Source of the DNA: Camelus ferus
Lineage: Eukaryota
Assembly: GCF_009834535.1 (NCBI RefSeq)
Contig: NC_045697.1
Location: 41,108,001 to 41,172,000, forward strand
Length of the DNA: 64,000 bases
Reading direction: 5' to 3'
This document shows, piece by piece, positions 42,901-57,900 of the stretch (position 1 is the first letter of the stretch; every line of letters starts with the position of its first letter). The position numbers and the translations under genes were made by a program. Under the pieces are notes generated by a model, which saw only the letters and a list, made by a program, of their open reading frames with translations, did no database searches and was not told the origin of the DNA.

Positions 42901-45900
42901 CTTATGAAGAGTAAAATGTTCATAGTAAGTTGTAGGGTGAAACAAAAAGAAAAAATAGGATTTATTCTTTTAAATCCCATTAATAATGACTTGGCTAGCA
43001 CATTTACACTCTCAAAGGACTTTCATTTATTTCTTATTTTATTTGTGGAACAATCTCATGAGGTAAGTTAAAGAGATTTCTAATCATTGTCTTGCAGATG
43101 AGAAATAATAGTTCAGGGCTTGCTCAACATTATAGCTAGTATCACTGCCCAGCAAAATGCCTTAAGTAAGTACTCAATAAATCCTAGTCAAATAAATTCA
43201 GTGAATGTTGGCATCAGAACTACAATTCACTTTTTCTTATTTCCACTTAGGTTTTTTTTTTTTTAAAGTAAACTGATCATTCACAAATATCTCCTAAATT
43301 AAACCAATAAATATGCCATTTGTCATGTTAAAATTACTTCATTTACTTAATAATCAAGAGCATTTAAACACACACACACAGACACACACACACACACTAT
43401 GAACCTAGAACTTACCACTTAGTTCTTGTTATGAACTAAACAGGGTTCCTCCTCCCTTTCCTCAGAATACATATATATTGAAGCCCTAACTCTCTGTACC
43501 TCAGAATTTAACGATATATGGAGATAGGTTTTTAAAAAAAATTTAAGTTAAAATGAGGTCTTTAGGATGGGCCTAATGCAATATGACTGGTGTCCTTATA
43601 AGAAGAGGGAATTTGGATACAGACGTGTGTGCACAGAGGGAAGACCACCACCTACAAAGCCAAGGAGAGTGGTTTCAGAAGAACTCAACGCAGCCATCAC
43701 CCCGATCGCTTGTGTGCATGTGTGTGTGTGTGTATTAAAATGTTTCCCACACAGAGACACACACGCAGAGAGACACACGCAAATTGTAACTGTGCAATAT
43801 TTTTGTGTATTTACTTCCCTAACTAGAAGCAACAGATTGGGCTCTCTGTATTCAAGGATTCATCAGTAAGATTTAAACATTAATTAATTTAATTTTTTTT
43901 CATCTTTCAAATATTTACTTAACAATTGTCCTGTGAAAGTCCCTCATTAGGCAATTGGGGAAAATAGAGACAATGTATAAGAAAGCTGCTAGCATAATAC
44001 ATGTGAGCCTGACTGATAAATAGAATGTTAAGATTTTAAAGAAATAGCTGTATTATGAAGCCATGAGTCAGACCTGAAAGGAGAGGTTTCTTCCTGCCAG
44101 AAATAAAGAGTTCAAGGAATAGAGGTAGCGTTTTAATAAGTGGATTATGGAGAGGGTTGTACGTAACAAGTAAGGCAGTAACAAAAGCTGAGGTGGAAAA
44201 AAAGGCAGAAAAGGTTCTGGGAAAACATCACAGATTAGCATGGCTGGAGTACAAGATTTGAGTAGATGGAACTGAATATTCTTTTGGAAAGGGGAAGCTT
44301 TGCTAACCTCCTCTTTTTAACAGGATCCTCCCCCAGTGCCCCCCTCCCCCCTTCCCACTCCAATATAAAGTGACTTATTCGTGTTGGGAAAGAAGGAAGG
44401 ATGTTGGTGTGGAGCTACATGTTACTAGACAGTACTGTGTACATGTCGAGTTCCTATTTGTCTTGTCTTGTATCTCTGTTGTATTCACAGAGATAGTCAA
44501 AATACTTTACCACTGGTTAAAAAAAAATCAGTAAGTATCTGAGGTACAGGAGAATCCAAGTAAATTTAAAAGTACAGAATTTATGAATCACTGAAAGTGA
44601 GGAGCTAGATATCTCAAGTACCAATGCATTTCTGAGTTAAATTACCTCACAGAAACAAGCAGTAACATTCAAGGAATACATATTTTTATATTTAAAAGAA
44701 TTCTTTTCCCATTAATACACTTCATGACCACAGCAAATTCTGCAAATATTTTAACATTAAAAAGAGGCTGAAATCAACTTCTTTAAGTAATAACACTTCT
44801 TATATGCTGGTGTCAGTTCTCAATAATGTTTACCTGGGAAATATCTTAAGAATAATTGATAAATATGTAAGTTAGAAATTAAATGTACACCGTCTCTGCA
44901 TTAGAGACTGTTGTTCCAATGTTGCCTTTCTCATCTCTCATAAGGTTCATGTGGACATATTCAGTCTCTAACTAGAATAACTATGGATACTAATTATAGA
45001 CGTTATCTATGAGTAAACTACTTGAATTTCTTAGTAAAAGTATATTTGTGATAAGGCCAAAACCATATGATCAATTTAAGTGAAATCAATGATTCTTTTT
45101 GCAAGACAAACTAGTTTCTTGGTTATAGATGCAGACCCTTGTCAACTATCAGGCAACTCCATGCCACTGATTCTAAGAGGAACTGGAATACTGGTAGAGG
45201 AGGCTGGATAAATTCATCACTAACTCTAGGGATAAAAAGACCCGTTTCAAACCTTGGGGAGGATGGGTCAGTAACACCATACTGATATAAAAACAAAGAG
45301 AGGTATTTTTCATTGTTATATTACCTAATATACTAACTGCTCCTGAGGCAGGTAAGGGGGATCATAATGGGAACTTTGGCACAAATTAGCTGAGTGCACT
45401 GCAGACACATAACATTTCTGGGACTCATTTAACTCAATGATAGAATGAAAAGGCTTGGTTTAGATAAACTTTAATTTCCTTTTGGTTTTTAAATTATTTG
45501 ACTCTATCTTGTTTCTGGCTGATTTCTGTATCTGTTGAATCCTTTGTGAGCACTCTCAATTTAAAATTTGTATGTATTATAATTAAACATTAGATTAAAA
45601 AAGCCTCAAAACAAAAGCCACTAGCATTTAAAATTACACTGGTACTTGACATCCAACTAAACAAAGTGTGTTTTAAAATCTTCTGCATAACGTTTTATAA
45701 GTAGGAATTAAGAGTACTCAAAAAGACAATAATCAGTTTTAATACTGAGGAAAAAGCTTCTTTAACTATCTGTACCAAGTTACTTTGCACCTGAACAAGC
45801 TTTTTCACACGAGGTTTTTTTATGTTTTGTTTTGTTTTGTTTTTTCATTTTGTTTTTGTTAAGAATCTGGTGCTTGATCTTATTTTGTGGTTTGGACAAG

Positions 45901-48900
45901 GAAGAAGGTGGCAAATCCAACTAATAGTCAATTTTCAATTATATAGTAATCCTAAATTATAATAAAACAAGAAACACTGTAAACCAATTTTACATAATTC
46001 TGTGCTCCTGGAAGAGAGGACTCAGAAGAAAAGTGAGAATACATGTGCAGAGACCCATTCTGAGGAAAAAGTGGTAAGAGCCAGAGATTGGGTGCTCCAG
46101 TCCTGGGGGTCCTACACAGGGGAGATGAGCCCCCTTGTCTGATTAGAGAATTTTAACACCCCACAGACATCAATGGATAGATCATCCAGACAGGAAATCA
46201 ACAAGGCAACAGTAGTCTTAAATGATACAACAGACCAATTGGATTTAATAAATATATATAGGACATTACATTCCCCAAACAGTAAAATACACATTCCTTT
46301 CAAGAGCACATGGAGCAGCCTCCAGGACAGATCACATGCTAGGCCACAAAACAATTCTCAGCAAATTTAAGAGGTGAGAAATTATATCAAGCATGTTTTC
46401 CTACCACAATGGTATGAAACTAGAAATCAATTACAGAAAGAAAAATGGGAAAAGAACAAGCACGTGGAGACTAAACAACATGCTACTAAAAAAACCCAAT
46501 GGATCAGTGAAGAAATCAAAGAGAAAATCTGAAAATATCTCAAGACAAATGAAAATGGAAACAGAATTCTCTAAAATTATGAGACATAGCAAAAGCAATT
46601 CTAAGAGGGAAGTTTACAGTAGTGCAGGCCTTCATTAAGAACAAGAAAAATCTCAAATAAACAACCTAACCTACCAATTAAAGGAAACAGAAAAAGAAGA
46701 ACAAACCCCAAAGTCAGCTGAAGGAAGGAAATAATAAAGATCAGAGAGGGAATAAATAAAATAGAGACCAAAACAACAACAACAACAACAACAAAACTAA
46801 AAAAAACAAAACAAAACAAAAAACGAAACCAAACCAAAACAAACAAACCAATAGAAAAGATCAATGAAACCAAGAGCTAGTTTTTGGAAAGATAAACAAA
46901 ATTGATAAACTTTTAGCCAGGCTTACTAAGAAGAGAGAACCTAATAAAATAAGAAATGAAAGAGGAGAAACAACAACCAATAGACATACAAAAAATCATA
47001 AGAGAATATTACAGTTATCTGTCAACAAACTGGACAACCTAGAAGAAATCGACAAATTTCTAGAAACATACAGCCTACCAAGACTAAGTCAAGAAGAAAT
47101 GGACTGATCAGTAGTAGAGAAATTGAATCTGTTAAAAAGAAAAAGAAAAAGAAATAAAACCAAAAACTTCTAGCACACAAAAATCCAGGCCTGGACAGTT
47201 CACGGGGGGAGTCTACCAGATATATAAAGAAGAGCTAAGACCTATCCTTCTCAAATTATTCCCCAAAATTGAAGAGGACAAAACACTCCCAAATTCAATC
47301 TATGAGGCCACCATCTATTATTCTGGTACCAAAGTCAGACAAAGACATTACAAAAAAAAAAAATTACAAGACAGTATCTTTGATGAATATAGATGCAAAA
47401 TTCCTCAACAAAATATCAGCAAACCAAATGCAACAATATACAGAAATGATCATACACCATGTCAAGTTGGATTTATTCTAGGGACGCCAGGATGGTTCAA
47501 CTTTGGCAAATTAATCAATGTGATACACCACATAACAAAAGGAAGAAAAAATTACACAATCATCTCAATAGACACAGAAAAGGCATTTGTCAAAATTCAA
47601 TATCCAGCCATGATAAAAACTCTTAACAAAATTGGTATAGAGGGAACATATCTCAACATAATAAAAGCCATTTATGACAAACCTACAACTAACATCATAC
47701 TTAATGGTAAAAAGCTGAAAGCCTTTCCTCTAAATTCAGGAACAAGACAAGAAGGCTCAGTCTCGCCACTTCTATTCAACATAGTATTAGAAGTCGTAGC
47801 CACAACAATCAAACAGGAAAAAGAAATAAAAGGCATCTAAATTGGAAGAGAAGAAGTAAATTGTCACTATGTGCAGATGACATGATACTTTATACGGAAA
47901 ACTCTGAAGTCTCCACCAAAAAACTATTAAAACCAATAAATGAATTCAGTAAAGTTGCAGGACACAAGATTAATATATAGAAATCTGCTGTTTTTCTATA
48001 CACTAATAATGAACTATCAAAAGAGAAAGTAAAAAAAAATATATTGATTAAAATCGCATCAAAAACAATGAAGTACCTAGGAGCAAACTTAACCAACAAA
48101 TTGAAAGACCTATTCACTGAAAACTAGAAATCACTGAAAAAAGGAAATTAAAGATGATACAAAGAAATGGAAAGATATTCCATGCTCTTGGATTAGAAGA
48201 ATACATACTACTAAAATGGCCTTACTACCCAAAGGAATCTACAAATGTAACGCAATCGCTATCAAAATACCCCGGACATTTTTCACAGAAATAGGAGAAA
48301 TAGTCCTAAAATTAATGTGGAACCACAAAAGACCCTGAATTCCCAAAGCAAGCTTGAGAGAAAAACAAAACAAAACAAAACAAAACGAAAAACAACACAA
48401 CTAGAGGTCACCCTCTCTGACTTCAGACTATATACTACAAAGCTATAGTAGTCAAAACAGCACAGTAATGGCACAAAAGTAGACACAGATCAATGGAACA
48501 GGATAGAAAGCCCAGAAATAAACCAGCACACCTATGGTTAATTAATCTATGACAAAGGAGGCAAGACTATACAATGGAGAGAAGACAGTGTCTTCAATAA
48601 GTAGTGCTGAAAGAACTCTACAGCTGCATGTAAAATAGTAAGATTAGAGCATTTCCTTGTAACATATACAGACATAACCCCAAAATAGATGAAAGAACTA
48701 AATGTGAAACCTGAAACCATAAAACTCCTAGACAACAACGTACGCAGAACACTCTTTGACAAATCGTAGCACTATTTTACTGGATCTGTCTCCTAAGGCA
48801 GCAAAAATAAACAAATAAGACTTAATTAAACTTAAAAGATTCTGCACAGCAGAGGCAACTATTGACAAAATGAAGACAACCTACTGAATGGGAGAAAATA

Positions 48901-51900
48901 TTTGCAAATGATATGACCAACAAGGGGTAATATCCAAAATACATAAACAATTCATACAACTGAATATTAAAATACAAAACAAAACACAACCAAATCAAAA
49001 AATGGGCAGAAGATCTGAACAGACATTTTTCCAAAGAAGACATACAGATAGCCAATAGGCACATGAAAAGATGCTCAAAACTGGTAATCATTAGAAATGT
49101 AAATTAAAACCACATGAGAAATCACCTCACACCTATCAGAATGGCTACCATCAAAAAGTCTACAAAATAACAAATGTTGTCAAGGATGTGGAGAAAAGGG
49201 AATTCTCATACACTGTTGGTGGCAATGTAAAATGGTGCAGCCATTATGGAAAGCAGGATGAATACTCTTCAAAAAACTAAAAATAGAACTACCATATGAC
49301 CCAGCAATTCCACTCCTAGGTATATATCTAGAAAACACAAAAACACTCCCTAGTGTTCATAGCACCACTATTTACAATATCCAAGATATGAAAGCAACCC
49401 AAGTGTTCAACATACGAAAGGATAAAGAAAATGTGGTATACATATACAATGGAATATTGCTCCTTCAAGTTTGACCTCCTTACGGGTCTCTGAAAGTCAT
49501 AAAAGGTTAAGATTTAATTTTATTCCTTCGGACCTTGTATTGTGATAAATAACTTATAATTAAAAAGTCCTATATTTGACTAATGGGCAAGTAATTTAAC
49601 TTTCTGATCTCAGTCACCTTATTTAGAACAACAAATTTGCCATGCTCTATTATGTCAAACTCAATTCTCAACAGAGCACTAATTTAGGGGTCTTTGGACA
49701 GATTCAAAGAGAATTTTGAAGCACGCATAAACTTGTCTGCAAGCCAACTGGGGAACACCTCCATGGGAAGGTAGGTTGGCCCCTCTGTAGGTTGCGGGGC
49801 AGCTGGGAAGAGGTGTCTAAGGTTTAAACACAGACCGTAACCTGCACATAACTGCTCATTTGGTATCCAGTGTAAATTCATATTCTTTTCCACTAGAACC
49901 TAGGTAAAAACACATTTTAGGTTCTTACCCTTAAATAGATTATAATCTAGCTTATTTCAAAAGTCTAGCTGGGAGCAATAATCTCATGAATCATTAGGCA
50001 TTACTATTGCTGGGAGACAGTCTAAAGAGTGGATTAGAATGGGGCGCTGGAAACACATCTGCATTCAAGTCATGGCTCCGGCACTTGCCAGCTCCACGAC
50101 CTACTGCACAACTCAACCTCTCTGTGCTTTGGCTTCTCATTTGTGAAAAGGAAGTAACATTAGTTCTGCCTCATAGGATCGTTGTGCGGACTGAGTGGGA
50201 GATGAACATGAAGTGCTTGGAACAGTGTTTGGCACACAGTAAGCACTCAATAGCTGTTAGCCAGTAAGTACGACCACTGTGGGCATGTTAATAACTGACC
50301 TGCTTCAGGGACAGACATATTCTAACTTCCCTGCATGTAAGACATTCGGTCATCATGAAAATATATTTATATATAAAGCTATATTCCAAGGTCTTAGCAA
50401 TTTAGGCCCAAGTATAAGCTGACTTTTTCTTTAATAGTATGCCTTCAGATTTTTTTGAGGAAATAGTAAAAATATGAGATGAAAAAAATCCTTCATTTGC
50501 TGAGTATTTAAGATGTTGTAAAAGTAAAAAGATTTACTTTCTGACACAATTTTGCTTCTAAACAAAATTTTCCTCTCTTGAACGACTGGTATGTATATTT
50601 CCACTAGAGAATGAGAAAAATACAAAATTGACAGTTCTGACCTAAAAAAAAGAGCAGTTTCATACAGTGTAACCAATTTTCATGCCTTCCTTTTTGCCTT
50701 GGCTCTCAGGAAAATGAGAACTAAACTTAAAGCTTCATCAAGCTTAATTATGTTAATACTTTTGATTCTTATATATACTTCTTTCTCATCAGGCTCCTGA
50801 TTATTTCAACTTTAAGAATTTGAGGGTAAAACAAACATTTTGGAGGTAAGTATTAGTAATATATAATAATATTCTTCCTACCCATTAAAGTTGGAAAAGT
50901 TACATAAGATAATGTATATGAAAGTATTCTGTAACCTAAATTCTAAAAATTTTGAATCCACTGACTTTCAAATCACTGCCCAAAGTTTTTTCCTACGATT
51001 TTTTTCCTCTTAGTCTCTTTCCTATACTACAAATCTCAATATTTAAAATCTCTAAATTCTCCCCAAAAGATTTAGGATAAGACTCAAAGCTAATTCCCAT
51101 TTAGTTCCTGAGCTTCATCCTGGCCCCACAATCCTCCACACTGAGACTCTTGCATTTCCCGGAATCTGTTGTCTTCCCATATGTCTCCATGTCTCCGATC
51201 ACACCATGCCCTTGGTCTAGAATACTTATCCACCCCATTAGGCCTGAATAAATCCTCCTTTTATTTCAAGATTCAGCTCAAGCATCCCTTTAAAATAACA
51301 GCCTCAGCTAAAACTCTTTTCAGTAAAACTATCTCCTACCTACACTATCTTGGCCTCCCAATTAGTGTCCTCATCTCAAATGCATCATTTCTCTACTTCA
51401 TCAACATTAGTCTAAATTATAGGTCCAATAACATCACCAAGATGCTGAAAAACACAACTCTCATTCAACTCTAGCGTAAGGCCTAAAATCCTTGGCACAG
51501 AGTTGAAAACTCTCCATCACTACATCTAAAACTAGCTTATAAGATACAAGAGAAAATACGATGGAAATGAGGAGAAACATTTTGTAAACCTACCATTTTC
51601 TTTTAAGGGTACTTGGGATGAAGAATTTCCAGAACTATGCAAGGTCATTCCTGTGGTATAAATTCAATTATTAGACAGTTTAAAAAATGGTCAGATACTA
51701 GATATAGAATTAATTTCTTCTGATAAATTTATAAAAATCAGTAAACTATTAAAGTAGTAACATTTTCTTTTATTTACACTCAGAAAAATATGTCTTCCCA
51801 TAATGGACTTTTTTTTTTTAAACTACTTTTAATGTCCAGGTAGGCATATTAACTTGTTTTGCAGAATAAATTTAAATACAAATGGACTGTTTCTGACAAT

Positions 51901-54900
51901 GACATTCTGATGTGTCATGCATGAAATGATGAAACTGAGTTTTAAAGCGTTTGTTCAAATGTTAAAAGAAAAATCAGTATTTAATAAGAATGCATAACCC
52001 AAAACAAATGCAGAAAACAAATTTTCCTTTCATGGTCGAGTCTTATTTTATTTGTGTTTTTCTATGGAATATTTACTGCTCTACTTCCGATATGTGATGG
52101 ATTTTTCTGTAATGAAAATAGCTTGAAACCTATAAGAGATCCCATTATATAGGAATATACTTTGAAAATAATTTTATAAAAGATTGAATAGTGTCTTTTT
52201 AGGCTATTTTCAACACACAGGGTAACCTATAGGATGGAATCTTATCTTTCATCTGTTTAAATATTTTTTTATTCAATTCAAATTGATGACAGTGGAATCT
52301 CTGAAAGTTGTGGAAACCTACGTTAATAAAGTAATATGGTTTTACATAAATATTTATCAACTATAGGGTGGAGTTCTCTTTTGACTTCATTTAATCCTCA
52401 TATCCCCAATCCAGTTACAGGGTGAAAAATACTTCTTAACTTTGTATAATTAGGGTTAAGTGATCAAACATAGTTCTAAGGGAGAGTTAATTAGTATTAT
52501 TTGATTAAACGACCACAGAAGAGGGTATCCTTGGTGACCTTTTGTCTCCCCAGCTGTTTCCTATTTTGAGTAGTTGTTCAGACGTGTGTCCTAAATGTCT
52601 ACTCTTGTAAAAGACTGATTTCTCGTGCAATATCCTTTTAAGATGCAAAAAAGCAACAGGAATCCTTAACTGTTTATCTTATAAGGTAGTCTGTGTTTAT
52701 AAACACAAACAACTTCTATTTCACTTAAATAGTTAATAGGCCCCAGATAGCTGGGATAACTTGAGAGAACTTAAATCAACTAAGAATTTCTACCAGATCA
52801 CCTATGGCACATTTCATAAAACTATCTCTTTCCAGAGACAATTCCATTCTGAAAGTACCCTAAACAAACTTTTCTTAAAAAAATACAGCATCAGTAGAGT
52901 CTACTCTCACAGCTTGTAAGGAAAATCCTAAAGAAGGCTGTCCAAAGCCCTGGCACCAGACTGCCTGGTTCTCTCAGTAAGACCGTCATGGCTTTTACCT
53001 GCAATCAAGAGAGAACCAAGTGATGGTCTGTGTCAGGAGGCAATCACTTGTTAAATCAATTTTTGATTTCACCTGGTACACTTTAAGTAGCCTAAAGCTT
53101 TATATTCACAAAAAGTTTTAACAATTAGGACAGAGAACCAAAAACATTTTCTCAGTCATTAGCGTGATCTCAGTCATGTCACTGTGAGCAAGAGGGACAG
53201 GAGGAAGAAGGTAGGCTCGTTGATGCTGACCTATAACACATGCTTGACCAGGGTCTTCAAAGGATGAGGAGTCTGATTCATGTTTCCTCCTTTCAGGGCT
53301 TCTATTTAAACTTGCAACAGACTTTGAACTAAAGAGGGAAGAGGAAGGCAGGGTGGGGAAGTGTCAATGTAAAAAAAATATATATATATGGTGAAAATAA
53401 TAAAATGTCAAAACAAAAACAGAAGTATGAAATGCAGAATTTACAAATATGTAGCTCGGGTTAGTTAATTATGTTCTTACTTATTAAGTTTTGTGAATCC
53501 TGCCAAAGATTCTGTCTCAGATCTTGCCATCTGGTGAAATGGTTTTCCTACCAACTCCGCAATGGTTTGTGGAGGGGATTCCATGTCAACACTGACATTT
53601 TTCCGGTGAGGATAGAGAGAGGCCTGACTGAGATCGTGGTATGATTTACTCATCCCTCTAGGCTTTTCCTCCCATGAAGCTTTGTCACTCTTCTCTTTGG
53701 CACTGTTTTGCAATGGCTGGTAAAGCGACAGCTCTGAGCAGGATAGCCTCTTCAGAATCTCAGCTTGGACTGACAGAGGTCGAACGGCAAGTTTGTTCAG
53801 GGTGCTGCTGGCCAGACTACCAGTGCTGATTGCTCGTCCCATATTAAATCCTCTAATGGACTCTGCTTGGAGATTCAGGCTCCTAAACGAAGCTCTCTCT
53901 ACAAGGAAATAGGATTGCTTTACACGACGGAATCACCGTAGTACCTTAATGTGAAGAGCTATTTTAATAAATAAAAAAACCAGCATGCAATTTTTAATCA
54001 TTTTGATTGCCAGCATAAGTAGGTAGCTTTCGGAGAGCGGCAATCAAGGATTTTAAAAAGGAGGGTTGGAAGATCCTGGTTTCTCTACCATCTCTCCATC
54101 CTTGTAGCCTTCTCACAGCCAGGGCCTGGTCAGCATTTCCTTTCACAGAGTGATTTTCTTGGAGCTAATAATGTTTGGGCTTCATTCAGGCTTGCTGACC
54201 CCAAATTGCCGATTACAGTTTTCAACTAGAAGTGAGAATGATGTTTGACAGAGAAAATTTCAACCCTACTAGTATCTCTGCTAAAATATCAGCATACCAA
54301 GGACGGAGAGAGGGAGAGAGGAAACCTGGATCTGCCAACATGGTCCGACGTGGTGAGAGCATGCCTGAAAAAAGCTGTGCAGAGGAACATTTTGCCCAGA
54401 GGAAAAGTTCTTATTATATTTTTAAAAGCTTATGGCAGATTGTAGTGATGTTTGCACAACTCTCTTAACAATGTGAATATACTTAAAATCACTGAATTCT
54501 GTTAATTTAAGTGAGTGAATTGTATGGTATGTAAATTATGTTTCAATAAAATTATTACCAAAAAACCCTAAAACAAAACAAAAACAAAAACCCCAAACCA
54601 AAAGCAAAACCCTTTTATGGCAAATTTTCAATCATTTCTGATTGAATTACTGTGCCCATACCACTTTCCCACCTTACTGACTTTTCATGATTTACCTGAG
54701 GCACAGAAGACATGGGAGAATCACACATGTCTTTTCTCTTTTGTTCCTGTTAATTAATAAGATTAAGGAGCTGGGGTTCTTAAATTCCTTTCACTCCAAA
54801 ATACGTATCTAAGGTCTTCTTTTAGAGGCTAAATTTAGAGATACTTTATAACAAGTGAATGGGTGTTCTATTTTGTGAGAACCAACGTCATGTCAGTATT

Positions 54901-57900
54901 TGAACATTTGAGGCTATAAACAAAAGCATTGCATCACACAATTTTGGCATCAAAACCCTTTCATGTATTTAAAGGACCAGGAGAACACAATTTCAAATGG
55001 TTTAGTTGTTCACACATTAGTAATCCACATCACAAGGCACCCCGTCTGGCCCCACCTCATGGAAAGTACCAACCCTGTGTTGCACTCTATGGGAATACAG
55101 CTTGACCATTACGTAAAACAGCTGTGAAACTTGTTTTTAAAAAGATAATGTCAGATGTTGCTGACTTAGATCTTTAGATTCTGTTTCATTTATCTTCTAA
55201 TTCCTAGGAAGATTAATAACCAGTATTTCATCTTAAATGTAAACAGACAGGGAAACACTGAAGCTCTTTAATACTTATACATCAGAATGAAGTTTAAATA
55301 AACATGTTTCACCATCACCAGGAAAATTCAACATTCTTTTTCTGAAGTAGAAGTGGACACCAAGTTAACACATGATAAGAAAAAGATGACTTTGGTTTTA
55401 AAATTCCCAGAATAATCTTAGCTTTAAAGTCAGAGTTCTTATTAAAGCAGATAACAATAATTCTATTTTCTTTACTCTGAGAGCAGACTCTAATTGAAGA
55501 TGCAAAACTGAGTCTTACACAGACTCAATTACCAGGAAATGCCTTTATACCCAATAGATTTCTTCACCCTTAAGGAAAATGTACCAAACTTTGGCAGGAA
55601 TAGGGACAGCCAGTTCAGTATAGGTTAGATTTGGTTTGCAAACATACCAAGGATTATGCTATTTATAAATACACTTACAGCTGACTCCTGGATAGAACTT
55701 AAAATACTGCACATGTTCATGGGATGGAATAATAAACCATCCACTTATCTGGTCTGTCCTACTGCCTTACACCTGGAAAGGACTCCAACATAGAGTACCA
55801 GGATGGGAAAGGACATTAGAATGAACCCACATCCTATTACTAACATTTCAGATTTGAACTCAAAGGCTTGCTAGTTCCACACTCAGTCTGCATTCCACAC
55901 TGTGCTATTGTTCAGTCCCCTGTGTTTGTTTTTTATTTCCTTATATCATTAACTTAATTGTATGCTTTTTGAGGAGAGGGGCTTCATTTATTTTCGTTAA
56001 CCCATAGCACCTAGCACTGTATCTTACAAGTAGTAAGCACGCAGTAAATGATTATTAATCTTAATTTAATTTCATGCAAATTAGTTTTTTGAAAACTTAT
56101 CAAATATAAAGAGGATTGGATTAGGAATTAAGAGATCAGGGTTCCAGCTTCCTTTGATGTCTACGAGGTTAAGTGAGACACTTTTCTCTGAACCTGTCTC
56201 CTCATCAGTAACATTGTGTACTTGATGCCCTCTGCTTTCTTGGACCCACATTCTGTGACTCTAAAGAAATAACATACACTTGTTAGCCCATCAACCTCCT
56301 GTATGTTAACTCCAGTTATTTTCACTTGTCTAGTGCAGACAGTTAAGTAGGCAGGTGGTTACTTCTAAGCTGATTCCAAGCAGAGAACAATTCCTTTGAA
56401 GGTTTAACAAAAATCTGGGAATAGATGTAGATAATACCACCTTAAGTCCTTTCACACAGGAGTTTAAGGGTACATAGTCGCTGTGTTCCTGGGGAAAAAC
56501 TGAGATGCACAGAGCATTCCCACCTCATGGATGAAGAGAATGAGACTTCAAAGAGTCAGTCACTTTCCTAAGGTCATTCCACTCCTACTATTGCTACTAC
56601 TACTATTACTAGGGAAGTAGTGGTCAAACAATGTCCATGATGGTAATGTTAATAATGATAATGAATATTTATTCAATACTTATTCTGTGCCAGGTACTTT
56701 CACATGAATTCATCTTCACAATAACCTTACAACATCAGTATTATCATTATGATGATCACTTTACAGATGGGGATCTAAGGCAGAGAGTCTGAGCAGCCTG
56801 CTCACGGTTTCAGAGCTTGCTAGTAATAGAGAGGGGTTTGAACACTGGCAGTCTTGCTGCCTGGTTCAGGCTCTTAAGTACTACACTCTATCATTGGAGA
56901 TGTTGAGGGTGGAAACCTGGCTTCACAGTTTTGTCTTCTGACTCTTCACTACAGCACACTATACCAAATCTATAATGATGTAACCGTCAACTGTTCAATT
57001 CTAGTTTGTATCAAATAGAATGTTAGTCTAAGTAGGAATACAGATAGCTCTAGTAAGTTTGACACTCCACTATACTTTAAAAATATATGTAAGAGCATAC
57101 AAATTTTTTAGCAGAGCAAAGCAGTGAAAGAAAAGGAATAATAAGATTACTTTGCAGCAGTAGTTATCATATCTTAGCATGCATAAAAATCATTACTGAG
57201 GAAAGCCAGTTAAAATGCAGATTCCAGGGACTACGCGCCCAAAGACCACAACTGAACAAGTTTCAGGTAGGTTTCTGGAATCTTCATTTTTAATAAGTAT
57301 ATAGCCCCTACCGTCTGGATTCTGAAAGGCTGAGAAACATCTATTCATAGGTTGCCATCACCCCAGTCTGATCCCACAGGGAATATATTTTCCATAAGAT
57401 TTTAGGATGTGAGAAAGTTCAGATAAAGAATTCGTAGGGCTCTGATGCACAAGGTCCTCAGAGCTATTCAATTTAAATTTTTAATCAACTTCTTCAGAGT
57501 GTTTCACTGACATCTATATGAACTTACTCTGCAGAACTAGATTTTCTATAACTTCAATCTCAACATGTGGTCCTACAGAGTAAAATTTAAATATTTCAAT
57601 TCTGATTGAGATATTTTTTCAGAGATAAATTAGTTTCTTCTGCTGGCGCCTTTTCAAGAGGACCTGAAACCACTCTCTTGACCATTTATATTGGGTACTG
57701 CGGTTATTTATCTCAGTCTCAGCACAGGGACGTACCCAAGAAAAACCGACAAGTGGGAGATCTGTCACCCCCAAACTGTGATGGTATATAACTTCCCTGC
57801 CCTGGGTGTATACTTCCCGTGCCCCCTGCCTTGTTTCCCATGTTCTTTCCTTCATCTGGAAAGCCCTTCCATTTATCTTCAACCTACTTATTATTTTTGT

